From assembly GCA_910584975.1 (NCBI GenBank), contig CAJUEA010000001.1, positions 127,127 through 191,126 of the forward strand: a DNA stretch of 64,000 nucleotides, written 5' to 3'. The stretch's first letter is position 1. Every line of letters starts with the position of its first letter. The stretch is from an uncultured Christensenella sp. Lineage in GTDB: Bacteria > Bacillota > Clostridia > Christensenellales > UBA3700. Under the pieces are notes generated by a model. That model saw only the letters and a list, made by a program, of their open reading frames with translations, did no database searches and was not told the DNA's origin. Both the position numbers and the translations under genes were made by a program. Of this stretch, positions 1 through 10,400 are shown piece by piece.

Positions 1-1
1 T

Positions 2-1756
2 GTCATAAAGCTTGCAGATAGATTGCATAATATGAGAACGCTACTTTTCAAATCGGCGGACAGACAAAAGGAAATTTCAAGGGAAACTTTGGATATTTAT
101 GCACCTATTGCCGAAAGGCTTGGTATGGGTACAATCAAGGGAGAACTTGAAGACCTTGCAATGAGGTATCTTAACCCAGATGATTACTACGCGTTGGTGC
201 AAAAGATTTCTGCCAAAAAGGTGGAAAGACAAGAATTTGTGCAAAATGTCGTAAAAGATATAAAAGCAAAACTTGCTGAAATGAAAATTGATGGCGATGT
301 AAACGGCAGACCAAAGCATTTTTATAGTATTTACAAAAAAATGCAAAATGGCAAAGAATTTGAGCAAATTTATGATTTGATTGCCGTGAGAATTATTGTG
401 GATACAATCAAAGATTGCTATGCAGTTTTGGGTGCAATTCATACAATGTGGAAACCATTACCGGGCAGATTTAAAGACTACATTGCAATGCCCAAAACAA
501 ACAACTATCAATCTTTGCACACAACGGTCATTTCTCAATATGGCTCTCCGTTTGAAATTCAAATCAGAACACACGAAATGCACGATATTGCAGAGTTTGG
601 TATCGCTGCGCACTGGAAATATAAAGAAGGCAGACTTGGTCAAGAACAAAGCATAATGGACAATCGTATGCAATGGATACGCAGCATTATGGAAGTGCAA
701 AAAGATTTGCGTGACAATGCAGAGTTTTTGCAGTCGCTTAAGGTGGATTTGTATCCGGATGAGGTGTTTGTAATCACTCCAAAAGGCAAGGTTGTCAGCC
801 TGCCAAAAGGTGCAACAGGCATAGATTTTGCTTATGCAGTGCACACAGAGGTAGGCAATAAGTGTGTTGGCATTAAAGTGGATGGAAAAATTGTGCCAAT
901 CAACACTCGTCTTACAAACAACTCTATTGTGGAGGTTATCACTTCTAATGCCTCAAAAGGTCCAAGCCGTGACTGGCTTAAGTTTGTGGCAACTGCCAGC
1001 GCAAGAAACAAAATAAGAGCTTATTTCAAAAAAGAAATGAGGGAAGAAAACATCAAGCGTGGCAGAGAAATGCTGGAGCGTGAGGCAAAACACAGAAATT
1101 ACAATTTGTCATCATTGCTTAACAATGAAGAGTGGCTTAAATACTTCAAAAATCGTTATGGTGCAAATGGCAATATGGACGATATTTATGCAGAAATCGG
1201 CTATGGCAACCTAACAACAAACAAAGTCATTTTAAAATTGATTGACTGCTTTAAAAAGTCTGGGGCAGAAATGCCACCAATAATCAGCAGTGCAAAAAAT
1301 GTAAAATCATCCAACAAAAAAGGTACAGGGGTGCTTATCAGAGGATATGATGACTTTTTAATTAGGCTTGCACATTGTTGTAATCCAGTGCCAGGCGATA
1401 AGATTGTGGGTTATATCAGCCGTGGCAGAGGTGTTTCCATTCACAGAGCAGATTGCCCAAATATGAAAAACATTGAAGAGGAAAGAATTATTGAGGCAAA
1501 CTGGTCGCAAAATATGTCCTCTCAATTCACAGCAACTTTGGAAGTTATTTGTGTCAACAAATCTAAGCTTTTGGTTGATGTAACCACATTTTTTGCAAAC
1601 AGAAAGCAAACGCTCAATGCAGTCAACCTTAAAACAAGAGAGGATTTGAAGGCGGTAATCACAATAAGTGTGGAAATTACCAATATTCAAGAGCTTGATG
1701 AAATGATAAATAAATTGCAAAGTATAGAAGGAGTTTTTGATGTACACAGAATATGA
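2..1756 (+). CDS. relA: Bifunctional (p)ppGpp synthetase/hydrolase (RelA/SpoT, RSH family), 5'-truncated by window edge
   Basis: Frame open from nt 2 (VIKLADRLHNMRTLL = end of HD hydrolase domain); synthetase motifs YIAMPKTNNYQSLHTTV and EIQIRTHEMH; TGS-like VFVITPKGKVVSLPKGATGIDFAYAVHTEVG; ACT-like C-terminus. Confidence 0.92.
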   Translation, partial: VIKLADRLHNMRTLLFKSADRQKEISRETLDIYAPIAERLGMGTIKGELEDLAMRYLNPDDYYALVQKISAKKVERQEFVQNVVKDIKAKLAEMKIDGDVNGRPKHFYSIYKKMQNGKEFEQIYDLIAVRIIVDTIKDCYAVLGAIHTMWKPLPGRFKDYIAMPKTNNYQSLHTTVISQYGSPFEIQIRTHEMHDIAEFGIAAHWKYKEGRLGQEQSIMDNRMQWIRSIMEVQKDLRDNAEFLQSLKVDLYPDEVFVITPKGKVVSLPKGATGIDFAYAVHTEVGNKCVGIKVDGKIVPINTRLTNNSIVEVITSNASKGPSRDWLKFVATASARNKIRAYFKKEMREENIKRGREMLEREAKHRNYNLSSLLNNEEWLKYFKNRYGANGNMDDIYAEIGYGNLTTNKVILKLIDCFKKSGAEMPPIISSAKNVKSSNKKGTGVLIRGYDDFLIRLAHCCNPVPGDKIVGYISRGRGVSIHRADCPNMKNIEEERIIEANWSQNMSSQFTATLEVICVNKSKLLVDVTTFFANRKQTLNAVNLKTREDLKAVITISVEITNIQELDEMINKLQSIEGVFDVHRI

Positions 1757-2366
1757 TGGCTTTAGCGTAAAAAAAATTGTAAATGGTGGATTGCAAAATA
1801 ACAGTTATATTGTAAAATGTGGCAATAAATGCGTGATTATTGACCCAGCATCAAAAATTGTGAAAGCACAAGTCGAGGAAGAAGGACTTGAAGTTATGGC
1901 AGTGCTTTTGACTCACGGACATTTTGATCATATCAAAGGCGTTGCTCCTTTTATGCAAGAAAATGTACCTGTATATATTCACAAGCTGGACAACCCTAAA
2001 TGTACAGGTGAAATTATGCTTGATTGGCTAAAAAGGTTCAGAATAGAGCCGTTTAGTTGTGATAATTTTATTGAGGACGGGGATGTTTTGCAGTTTGACG
2101 GGCTTGAAATTAAAGTGATTCACACTCCTGGGCATTCTTCTGGTGGAGTAAGCTTTGTTGTGAAAAATGTTGTTTTTTCAGGAGACACTTTGTTTTTGGA
2201 TAGTTATGGCAGATATGATTTTGAGGATAGTTCTTTTGAGGCACTAAAAAATTCTATCAAAGTTAAGCTGTTTGGTCTGCCGGGAGATTATGTTGTTCTT
2301 CCAGGACATGGAGACTCCACAACAATGCAGTACGAAAGAGAAAGGAATATGATTTTATGGAGCTGA
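1740..2366 (+). CDS. MBL-fold metallo-hydrolase (hydroxyacylglutathione hydrolase-like)
   Basis: THGHFDH metal-binding motif, HTPGHSSG, LPGHG; ATG 1740 lies 6 nt after GAAGGAG; overlaps relA stop. Confidence 0.85.
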   Translation: MYTEYDGFSVKKIVNGGLQNNSYIVKCGNKCVIIDPASKIVKAQVEEEGLEVMAVLLTHGHFDHIKGVAPFMQENVPVYIHKLDNPKCTGEIMLDWLKRFRIEPFSCDNFIEDGDVLQFDGLEIKVIHTPGHSSGGVSFVVKNVVFSGDTLFLDSYGRYDFEDSSFEALKNSIKVKLFGLPGDYVVLPGHGDSTTMQYERERNMILWS

Positions 2367-3766
2367 AAATTGTTACGAACAGCGAGTTTCTTCCCGATTT
2401 TATGGATGTGGTAAGAGCCTTTTCTCCGAATATAATTTTTGATGAAAATCAAACGGAAAATGTGATTTCAATCAACTTGAAAAAAGATGACAAAAGTGAC
2501 ATTATTCAACTTGATTTTAAGCAAAAACATTTTGAAAATCGGGGTTATTTTGGAGATTTGCCACAAATCAAACAAAAAAGCGAGCTTAAAAGGCTTGCTA
2601 AAATTATGCTTTATGATATTTTGTCCGACATCACAAAAACGACATTGCCTTATGGTTCGCTAACAGGCATACGCCCAACAAAATTGTACCACGAGCTTTT
2701 GGAGAGTGGCAAGGATGCCTATGAGTATTTTACTAAGCATTTGAGAGTGCCTGAAGAAGGTGCAAATTGGATAAAGCGAATTTGTGGCAATCAGCAAAAG
2801 ATATATTCGCACAATGATAACGAGGTCGATTTTTTTGTTAACATCCCAATTTGTCTTTCAAGGTGCAGCTATTGTTCTTTTATTTCTGCAGAGTATGGCA
2901 AAATTAAAAAATGGATAACTCCTTATGTTGTGCAGTTAGTACGAGAAATTGAGTTTTCTGCAAAATTGATTGAGGAGCTTGGCGTAAAAGTCAGAGCTAT
3001 TTATGTGGGTGGTGGTACTCCAACAAGTTTATGCGAGGATGACTTTGCAAAGGTAATTGGTGCAATCAGCAAGATTGATTGTGACGAGTTTACTGTTGAG
3101 GCAGGCAGACCTGATACAATCACTGTGGATAAGCTTAAAATTATGGCAGATAACAAAGTTAGCAGAATAAGCATAAATCCACAAACTTTCAATGATAAAA
3201 CTCTTGCTTTGATTGGGCGAAATCATTCAAGTGAAGACATTTTTAAAGTTTATGGCGAGGCAAGAAAATTTGATTTTGATATAAATATGGATTTAATTGC
3301 AATGTTGCCACAAGAGAGTTTTGAGGATTTTTGTTATTCTGTTGACAAGGCAATTGTACTTGCTCCAGATAATATTACGGTACATACCTTGGCAATAAAA
3401 AAAGGTAGTAATCTAAAACTTGCCGATTATGACAATAAAATAGAAATTTTGCCAAAACAAATGATTGATTATTCAAAAAAAACTATTATCTCAAGTGGTT
3501 TTGAGCCATACTATATGTACAGACAAAAATATATGAGTGGTAATTTGGATAATACAGGATACGCAAAGCCTGGCAAAGCATGTGTGTACAATGTGGATAT
3601 TATGGAGGAAACTCACAGCATAATTGCTTGTGGAGCAGGAGCAATCAGTAAAAGAGTTTGGAACGCTGAAAATCGTTTGGAAAGACTAGCAAATCCCAAA
3701 GGCATTGATGTTTATTTACAAAGAGAGGCAAAATTGCTCGCTGATAAAAAAATCTTTTTTGGATAA
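2357..3766 (+). CDS. hemZ: Radical SAM protein of the HemN/HemZ (oxygen-independent coproporphyrinogen oxidase-like) family
   Basis: CLSRCSYCSF (CxxxCxxC radical-SAM cluster motif), GGGTPT, long N-terminal extension as in HemZ; start overlaps upstream stop. Confidence 0.7.
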   Translation: MELKIVTNSEFLPDFMDVVRAFSPNIIFDENQTENVISINLKKDDKSDIIQLDFKQKHFENRGYFGDLPQIKQKSELKRLAKIMLYDILSDITKTTLPYGSLTGIRPTKLYHELLESGKDAYEYFTKHLRVPEEGANWIKRICGNQQKIYSHNDNEVDFFVNIPICLSRCSYCSFISAEYGKIKKWITPYVVQLVREIEFSAKLIEELGVKVRAIYVGGGTPTSLCEDDFAKVIGAISKIDCDEFTVEAGRPDTITVDKLKIMADNKVSRISINPQTFNDKTLALIGRNHSSEDIFKVYGEARKFDFDINMDLIAMLPQESFEDFCYSVDKAIVLAPDNITVHTLAIKKGSNLKLADYDNKIEILPKQMIDYSKKTIISSGFEPYYMYRQKYMSGNLDNTGYAKPGKACVYNVDIMEETHSIIACGAGAISKRVWNAENRLERLANPKGIDVYLQREAKLLADKKIFFG

Positions 3767-4027
3767 ATTGCTGTTAATTTGCAGATTTATTATTATATTT
3801 AAGTTAAAACATATTTTAAATATAAAAATATAGTAGTATTTTGTCTAAATTTATTAAATAGTTAGCAAAATCTAGAATATAAATGCTGATTTTGCAAAAA
3901 AATACCAAAATTTAGTTTACACATAAAAGATTTTGTGTTATTATTGAATAGTACCTTTGACTATGTTTATCAAAACTCCGATGATTTACTTGGTCATATG
4001 GAATAAATTATTATTAGGAGATTAAAA

Positions 4028-4300
4028 ATGGAAAATCTAACACTACTTACTAAACAAGAGATTATTGAGAAATTTGGTCAAGCTGAGGGCGACACTGGTT
4101 CTCCAGAAGTTCAAATCGCTTTGCTTACTGCAAGAATTGAGAGCTTGAAAGCTCACTTCGCTGTGCATAAGAAGGATCATCACAGCCGTCGTGGCTTGTT
4201 GCAAATGGTAGGTAAAAGAAAAAATTTGCTTTCTTATTTGAAAAATAAGGATATCGAAAGATACAGAGCAATTATCGCAAAACTTAACCTAAGAAAGTAA
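4028..4300 (+). CDS. rpsO: 30S ribosomal protein S15
   Basis: 90 aa, typical S15 sequence ([14 protein letters not shown]...[25 protein letters not shown]); RBS AGGAGA upstream; followed by pnp as in most bacteria. Confidence 0.95.
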   Translation: MENLTLLTKQEIIEKFGQAEGDTGSPEVQIALLTARIESLKAHFAVHKKDHHSRRGLLQMVGKRKNLLSYLKNKDIERYRAIIAKLNLRK

Positions 4301-4309
4301 TAAGAATAG

Positions 4310-4339
4310 CCCGAATAGTAAGTGTTCGGGTAATTTTTA
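4310..4339 (+). terminator. Rho-independent terminator after rpsO
   Basis: Stem CCCGAA (4310-4315) / TTCGGG (4325-4330) followed by TAATTTTT. Confidence 0.6.
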
Positions 4340-4536
4340 TATTTAAAGGATTAGTGCTGTCAAGTGTAGCAGAAGCAAATTTGCAAATTAAAACGCTATG
4401 TTTGAAGATAAAAACAGCATTTTTAAAATTTAAGATTATGTTTTAAAAATGCCAAAATTGGTTGTAATAACAATTTATATAAATTTTTCAACTTGAGGTT
4501 GATAGTCTTTGGATGACCAAGGATGGAGGAGGAGAA

Positions 4537-6621
4537 ATGATAGACAGAAAAATTTACAAAACTACAATAGGTGGCAGAGAGGTTGAAGTTGAAACAGGCG
4601 CATATTGTGGCATGACAAATGGTACTTGCTTTGTTAAGTGCGAGGAAACTGTGGTTATGGTTAATGCCACAATGTCAAAAGAGCCAAGAGACGGCGTTGA
4701 CTTTTTTCCATTGAATGTTGACTATGAAGAAAAAATGTATTCAGTTGGCAAAATTCCAGGTGGCTTTAAAAAGAGAGAGGGACGCCCAAGCGACAAAGGT
4801 ATTCTTGTTTGCCGTTTGATTGACAGACCTTTAAGACCACTTTTCCCAAAAGGATTTTACAATGATGTTTCAGTTGTGGCAACTTGCTTGTCAGTTAACC
4901 CTGATGTTCCACCTGAAATTTATGCAATGATTGGAAGTTCAGTTGCACTTTCAATTTCTGATATTCCGTTTGCTGGACCAACTGGTTCAGTTGTAGTTGG
5001 TTATGTTGATGGCGAATATGTTATCAACCCAAGTGCAGAGCAAAGAGAAAAGAGCAGACTTCACTTGAGCTTGAGTGGTACTAAAGATGCCATTTTGATG
5101 GTTGAGGCAGGTGCAAACGAACTGACTGAGGAAGAAATGATTGGTGCAATCTTGTTCGGACACGAAGAGATTAAAAAGATTGTTGCTTTCATTGAGGGCA
5201 TTCAAGCTGAAATCGGCAAAGAAAAAATTATTCCAAACATTTATCACGCTGAAACAGCTATTGAAGAGCAAGTTAGAGCTTATGCAAATGATATGATGGA
5301 CAAGGCTTTGGAAGAGTTTAACAGACAAGCTCGTGAAAAACTTGAAGAGGCTTTGGAACAAGATGTTTTTGCTCATTTTGCTGAAATTTTCCCTGATGGC
5401 AAAAAAGACATTGCAGAAGTTTTGTACAATATGAAAAAAGAAAAAGTTCGTGCTAAGATTTTGGAAAAAGGTATTCGTCCAGACGGCAGAACTTTGAAGG
5501 AAATCAGACCAATTTGGTGTGAGCATGGCATTTTGCCAAGAGTTCACGGCAGTGGTGTTTTCACTCGTGGTCAAACACAAGTTTTGACAACTGCAACTTT
5601 GGGCACAATCAGTGAGGTTCAAAAGCTTGAAGGCTTGGATGATGAAGTTTTCAAAAGATATATTCATCACTATAATTTCCCAGGTTACAGCGTAGGCGAG
5701 GCAAAGCCTGCTAAGAGCCCAGGTCGTCGTGAAATCGGACATGGTGCACTTGCAGAAAGAGCTTTGGAGCCAGTTTTGCCAAGTGAGGAAGTTTTCCCTT
5801 ATGCAATTCGCACAGTAAGTGAAGTTTTAAGCTCAAATGGTTCAACTTCACAAGCAAGTGTTTGCGGCAGCACTTTGGCACTTATGGATGCAGGTGTTCC
5901 AATCAAAGCTCCAGTTGCGGGCGTTGCAATGGGACTTATCAGCACTCCAGACAAGAGCAATGTTAAAATTTTGACAGATATTCAAGGACTAGAAGATTTC
6001 CTTGGCGATATGGACTTTAAGGTTGCTGGTACTGAGGCTGGTATCACTGCAATTCAAATGGATATCAAAATCAAAGGTATCAATGAGCAAATTTTGCGTA
6101 CTGCTTTGGCTCAAGCAAGAGAGGGCAGATTGGAAATTTTGGGCAAAATGCTTGCTGTTCTTCCAAAAGCAAATGAAAAACTTTCAAAATATGCTCCAAA
6201 GATTATCACTTTTGATATCGACCCTGACAAAATCCGTGAGGTTATCGGCAGTGGTGGAAAAGTTATCAACAAGATTATCGAAGATACTGGTGTAAAAATT
6301 GATATCAGCGATACAGGCACAGTGTTTATTGCAAGCAGCAATGAGGAAATGGCAGAAAAAGCTAAAAAAATCATTATGAGCATTGCAAAAGACCCTGAAG
6401 TTGGCGACGAAATTGAAGGTGCTGTTGTAAGAATTATGGATTTTGGTGCGTTTGTTGAAATTGCTCCTGGCAAAGACGGAATGATTCACATCAGCAAACT
6501 TTCAAAAGACAGAGTTGAAAAAGTTACCGATGTTGTTAATATCGATGACCAAGTTTTGGTTAAAGTTATCAAAATTGACGAAAAAGGCAGAATTGATTTA
6601 AAACTTATCAAAAAACTTTAA
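4537..6621 (+). CDS. pnp: Polyribonucleotide nucleotidyltransferase (PNPase)
   Basis: Two RNase PH-like halves, KH ([17 protein letters not shown]) and S1 ([15 protein letters not shown]) domains; ATG 4537 preferred over 4513 because it follows GGAGGAGGAG. Confidence 0.95.
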   Translation: MIDRKIYKTTIGGREVEVETGAYCGMTNGTCFVKCEETVVMVNATMSKEPRDGVDFFPLNVDYEEKMYSVGKIPGGFKKREGRPSDKGILVCRLIDRPLRPLFPKGFYNDVSVVATCLSVNPDVPPEIYAMIGSSVALSISDIPFAGPTGSVVVGYVDGEYVINPSAEQREKSRLHLSLSGTKDAILMVEAGANELTEEEMIGAILFGHEEIKKIVAFIEGIQAEIGKEKIIPNIYHAETAIEEQVRAYANDMMDKALEEFNRQAREKLEEALEQDVFAHFAEIFPDGKKDIAEVLYNMKKEKVRAKILEKGIRPDGRTLKEIRPIWCEHGILPRVHGSGVFTRGQTQVLTTATLGTISEVQKLEGLDDEVFKRYIHHYNFPGYSVGEAKPAKSPGRREIGHGALAERALEPVLPSEEVFPYAIRTVSEVLSSNGSTSQASVCGSTLALMDAGVPIKAPVAGVAMGLISTPDKSNVKILTDIQGLEDFLGDMDFKVAGTEAGITAIQMDIKIKGINEQILRTALAQAREGRLEILGKMLAVLPKANEKLSKYAPKIITFDIDPDKIREVIGSGGKVINKIIEDTGVKIDISDTGTVFIASSNEEMAEKAKKIIMSIAKDPEVGDEIEGAVVRIMDFGAFVEIAPGKDGMIHISKLSKDRVEKVTDVVNIDDQVLVKVIKIDEKGRIDLKLIKKL

Positions 6622-6710
6622 TATTATAGTTTGTAATTTAAAACAACTTTAATTAAAAGTTAAGCTTTGTATTAATCTAACTTCAAAATTTAATTGGAAA
6701 TAAAACAAAA

Positions 6711-6745
6711 AATAATGCACTTTATCGGTGCATTATTTTTGTTTT
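6711..6745 (+). terminator. Rho-independent terminator after pnp
   Basis: Perfect 10-bp stem AATAATGCAC (6711-6720) / GTGCATTATT (6728-6737), then T-rich run. Confidence 0.8.
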
Positions 6746-6816
6746 AAATTTTAAAAATTAATATGGTATTAATAAAAATATGATAAACAATTTGTGTAAA
6801 AATTTTTAATTTAGCA

Positions 6817-6845
6817 TTGACATTTTGTGTAATTTCCCGTATAAT
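6817..6845 (+). promoter_or_regulatory. Sigma-70-type promoter for the lipoprotein / giant-protein pair
   Basis: TTGACA (6817-6822), 17-nt spacer, TATAAT (6840-6845). Confidence 0.6.
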
Positions 6846-6931
6846 AAAATAAAGGAGGTTATTATAAAAAAGTGTAGCAATAGTAGCAACAATTACAATA
6901 AAAAATTTAAAATTGATAGGGAAGGGAAAAT

Positions 6932-7411
6932 ATGAACAAAAAGAAATTGATTTTAACATTACTATTGGTAATAATTTTGAGTATAGGACTTATATTTACA
7001 TTTGTTGGGTGTGATAAAACACCAGTAGAGCCAGTTTATGAGATCCGATTGTATGATGACGATTGGGTGGAGTTGGAGAAGAATGTTGTAGGAAATTATG
7101 TGCATGAGTATGTTTTTGAATATGATGGTCAATTAAAAGGATTTAATGCAAAGTGTTTTATTGACGGTGAAGAATTTTATGTTTATGAATATGGTAATCC
7201 AAAAAAACCAAATCCTTTATCAGTATCTTATTTAAATTATGATGATAGTCTTAGAAATCCTTTTCCAAGAGAAAAGGGCAAATATGTGATTCGTTATGAT
7301 TTTGATATATTTAAAGAAGAAACTTATTATTATACTCAATCTGGAAGGCGTGTTCGTCAAAGTGATTTACCAGAAAAAATACAACATCAAATGTATGTAA
7401 CAATAAAATAA
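6932..7411 (+). CDS. Small lipoprotein of unknown function
   Basis: Signal peptide with lipobox-like FVGC (MNKKKLILTLLLVIILSIGLIFTFVGC|DK); no recognisable domain; 17 nt upstream of the giant ORF. Confidence 0.6.
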   Translation: MNKKKLILTLLLVIILSIGLIFTFVGCDKTPVEPVYEIRLYDDDWVELEKNVVGNYVHEYVFEYDGQLKGFNAKCFIDGEEFYVYEYGNPKKPNPLSVSYLNYDDSLRNPFPREKGKYVIRYDFDIFKEETYYYTQSGRRVRQSDLPEKIQHQMYVTIK

Positions 7412-7428
7412 ACTGAGGAGGAAAACAA

Positions 7429-10400
7429 ATGGAAAAATCAAAAAATAAAATATTATCATTTATGTTAGCAATATGTATTGTTTTGTGTAGCATAATTTCA
7501 ATTTGCACTTTTAATTGGCATAATGTATTTGCAGAACAAAATTATTCTATCACAGATTACACTGATGATGACATGTTGCTAAATAGTAAACATAATATTG
7601 TTGATTACGCAAATTCAACTTATTATGAAAAAAATGGATATATGGTTGTTGATCTTGCAGATCAATATAGTAATAATGGGTTGTATTCAAGCACAGTTAA
7701 ATATACAGAAGATACTGATAGAATTAAAAAACTACATGCAAATGGAGATGACCCAATTGTACAAATTGTGCCAAAAGAACTATTTAAAACTGCAAATGAT
7801 GGAATTGTTGAAATAGGTAAGGAATATGGCTTCTTCATAAAAACAGATGAAGTTGTTGATGGGGTATATGTGTCAACAATTTCAGTGTTTGATATCACAA
7901 ATAAGGTTAAGGATGAGGAGGTGAAAGACAGTGCAATTTTTTCTTTAAAGCATTTGTTTCAAAGAGAATTTGTTTATGTTGCAAAAAGTGTTTACGCAAT
8001 ACCAATACGAAGCGTACGACTTCAAAGGCCATATTCTCAAGCTAATGACAAAATGGAATTAGTTATTTCTGTAACAGATAGTGTTGTTGGTAATGTTTTG
8101 CCTGTGCCATACATGGTGGCAAATGATCATTATATTTTCGTTGACATTCAAAATTATTATATGACTAACATATATAATATGATAGCGGTAATGAATGAAC
8201 AGCATTTGAATGAAGGAGATGATGGATATGATCCAATAAAAGATAAGGGAAGATATATTATACAAAAAGATACAGAGTATAAATCAAAAATACATAATGT
8301 AAAGAAAAAGGAAGACATTGCTGCTGAACATATAGATATATGTTTAGGTGTAGCAATGGATGTTTTGGATGGAGTTGTGGGGCATTTTGTGCCGGGATAT
8401 TCAATAGTTAAGCCAATTCTTGATATTGCTAATGATTTTTTGTCAACTGAACGAGAGTGGACTGAAGATTATGAAAAACAATTTTCTTATAAGCCTGAAT
8501 ATGTGACATCACAAGGTATGATAAAAGAAAAAGGTGGTTTATCAAGAATGGCACAAACTTCTCTTGAAATCAATAAGGAGAAATATGGAGATGGAAGCTT
8601 TATGTTTTATGATAGAGATGACTTTTTCTCAAGCAAGTACATATTACCATACACTCCAGTTGAAACAAGTGATGGGGCATATAAAACTCCATGGGATGCA
8701 AGAATAAGAAGAGGGTTTGTTGTTGAATTTACAAATGCTAGCAATTCATCACAAATAGTTGTTGGTTGTAATGTTCATGATTTTATAAAAAAGGGCGAAG
8801 AAGAAGGAGAATACAAAGATTTAGCCGATGATGATATAGTTTCTATATTGCCAAATGGTGAAAACTTGTTTAAATATACACCAGAGAGAAGTGGAAATTA
8901 TGATATAAAAACTATTGGAGCAAATAAGTCAATAGTTTTAGAGCAAATTAATACTTCTTTTGAAAGTCAATCAAGTAAAAATACTACTGGATTTGATAAA
9001 GTGTTGAATGTTGATATGGAAAAAGGAAAAACATATTACTTTAAAATAAGTTGTGTAAATAAATTTGATAATAACAAATTTAAAATTAATATTGATTTTG
9101 CTCCACAAAAAGTTATTCTAGGAAACAACCAAATTGATTTAAAATATAATGATAATTATTTTCAATTTTTGCCAAATAAAAATATTTATTATAAATTTAT
9201 AAATGACAACGATAAATTCGATTATACGATATTTGATAAAAATTTTAATTTAATTTCAGAAAATACTGATATAAATGATTTGTTTGAGTTGACTGAAAAT
9301 GAAGTATATTATATATTAATTGACAAAACAAATATTGATGAAGTTCAAAAAGTAAATCTTTTTATTAAGGACGAAATTCATATTACATTTGAAAATATTG
9401 ATAAAGTGACTGATTTAGACAAGTTATTTATTTATAGTTTTGTTGATAAAACAAAGTTGCCAAATATAAATTTGGTAGGATATAATTTTGAAGGTTTTTG
9501 GACAAGCTTTCAACCATATGGAGTTTTGGTAAACGATGAAAACATCAAACAAATTATCAACCAACCTGAAATAACATTATATGTAAAATTAGTTCCGATT
9601 GAGTATGATGTTGTGTATATAGTAAATGGTGGTAGTGAAATAGAAAATGGCAAATATATTATTGAACATATATACGAATTAAGACAAGATACCAATAAAG
9701 ATGGATATGTGTTTTATGGTTGGTATGATAACCCAGAGTTTTATGGTGAAAAAATAGAAAGAATTGATAAAGGGAACATTGGAAATCGAACTTTTTATGC
9801 AAAATGGATACAAGACAAATTTGATATTAAATTAAATGTCAATAGCGAATTTACGGATGACATATCGGCGTATATTGCAACAAATCAAATTGAGGTAAAT
9901 TATAAGCAAAACTATATTTTGCCTATACCAGAAATAAAAGGGTTTGTATTTAAAGGATGGGCAGATATAAACAATGATAAAAACATGTTTACAAATGCAA
10001 ATGGTGAGAGTTTAAATATTTATTTGCAAGAGAATGATATCGAATTGATTGCAATATGGAAAAGAGAAGAATACTTTATTGGAATAGATAATAATGGTGT
10101 GCTAAGTTGGTTGACACAAGCTGGGGATAGATTTGAAATATCCGATGAAAAAGTTAGTATTGATTATAATCCTAATTTGTGCCCAAATTGCAATATTTTG
10201 ACATATCTTTCTAGTAATCCGTTATACCCTCAATACATCGATAAAAATTTCTTTGAAGAAGGACATGTTTTTACAAATATGTTAACAAATAAAAATGACC
10301 AAACAAGCATTGCGTGCTGGCATAACACTGCTCAGAGTTTAGAAGATGGTCAAACAATTATGCTTTATGCTGGACATAGGCAAGAAACAAATTTTAAATT

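Noticed and set aside
4987-5742. Long antisense ORFs inside well-supported genes (e.g. 4987..5742 in pnp, 40952..41578 in the FAD/Rieske gene, 53077..53757 in the GPH gene, 16419..16976 in ftsK, 49074..49610, 50942..51463, 63189..63626)
   Set aside because: They lie opposite conserved, motif-bearing CDSs. Their translations are low-complexity and Cys/Phe/Ile-rich, typical of AT-rich antisense frames, and none has an RBS.
6853-6935. Possible upstream ORF after a strong AGGAGG (6853-6858) ending in ATGA overlap with the lipoprotein start
   Set aside because: The only in-frame starts at suitable spacing are ATT/ATA, which are non-canonical, and the peptide (IKKCSNSSNNYNKKFKIDREGKI) is low complexity. 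The AGGAGG may be fortuitous.
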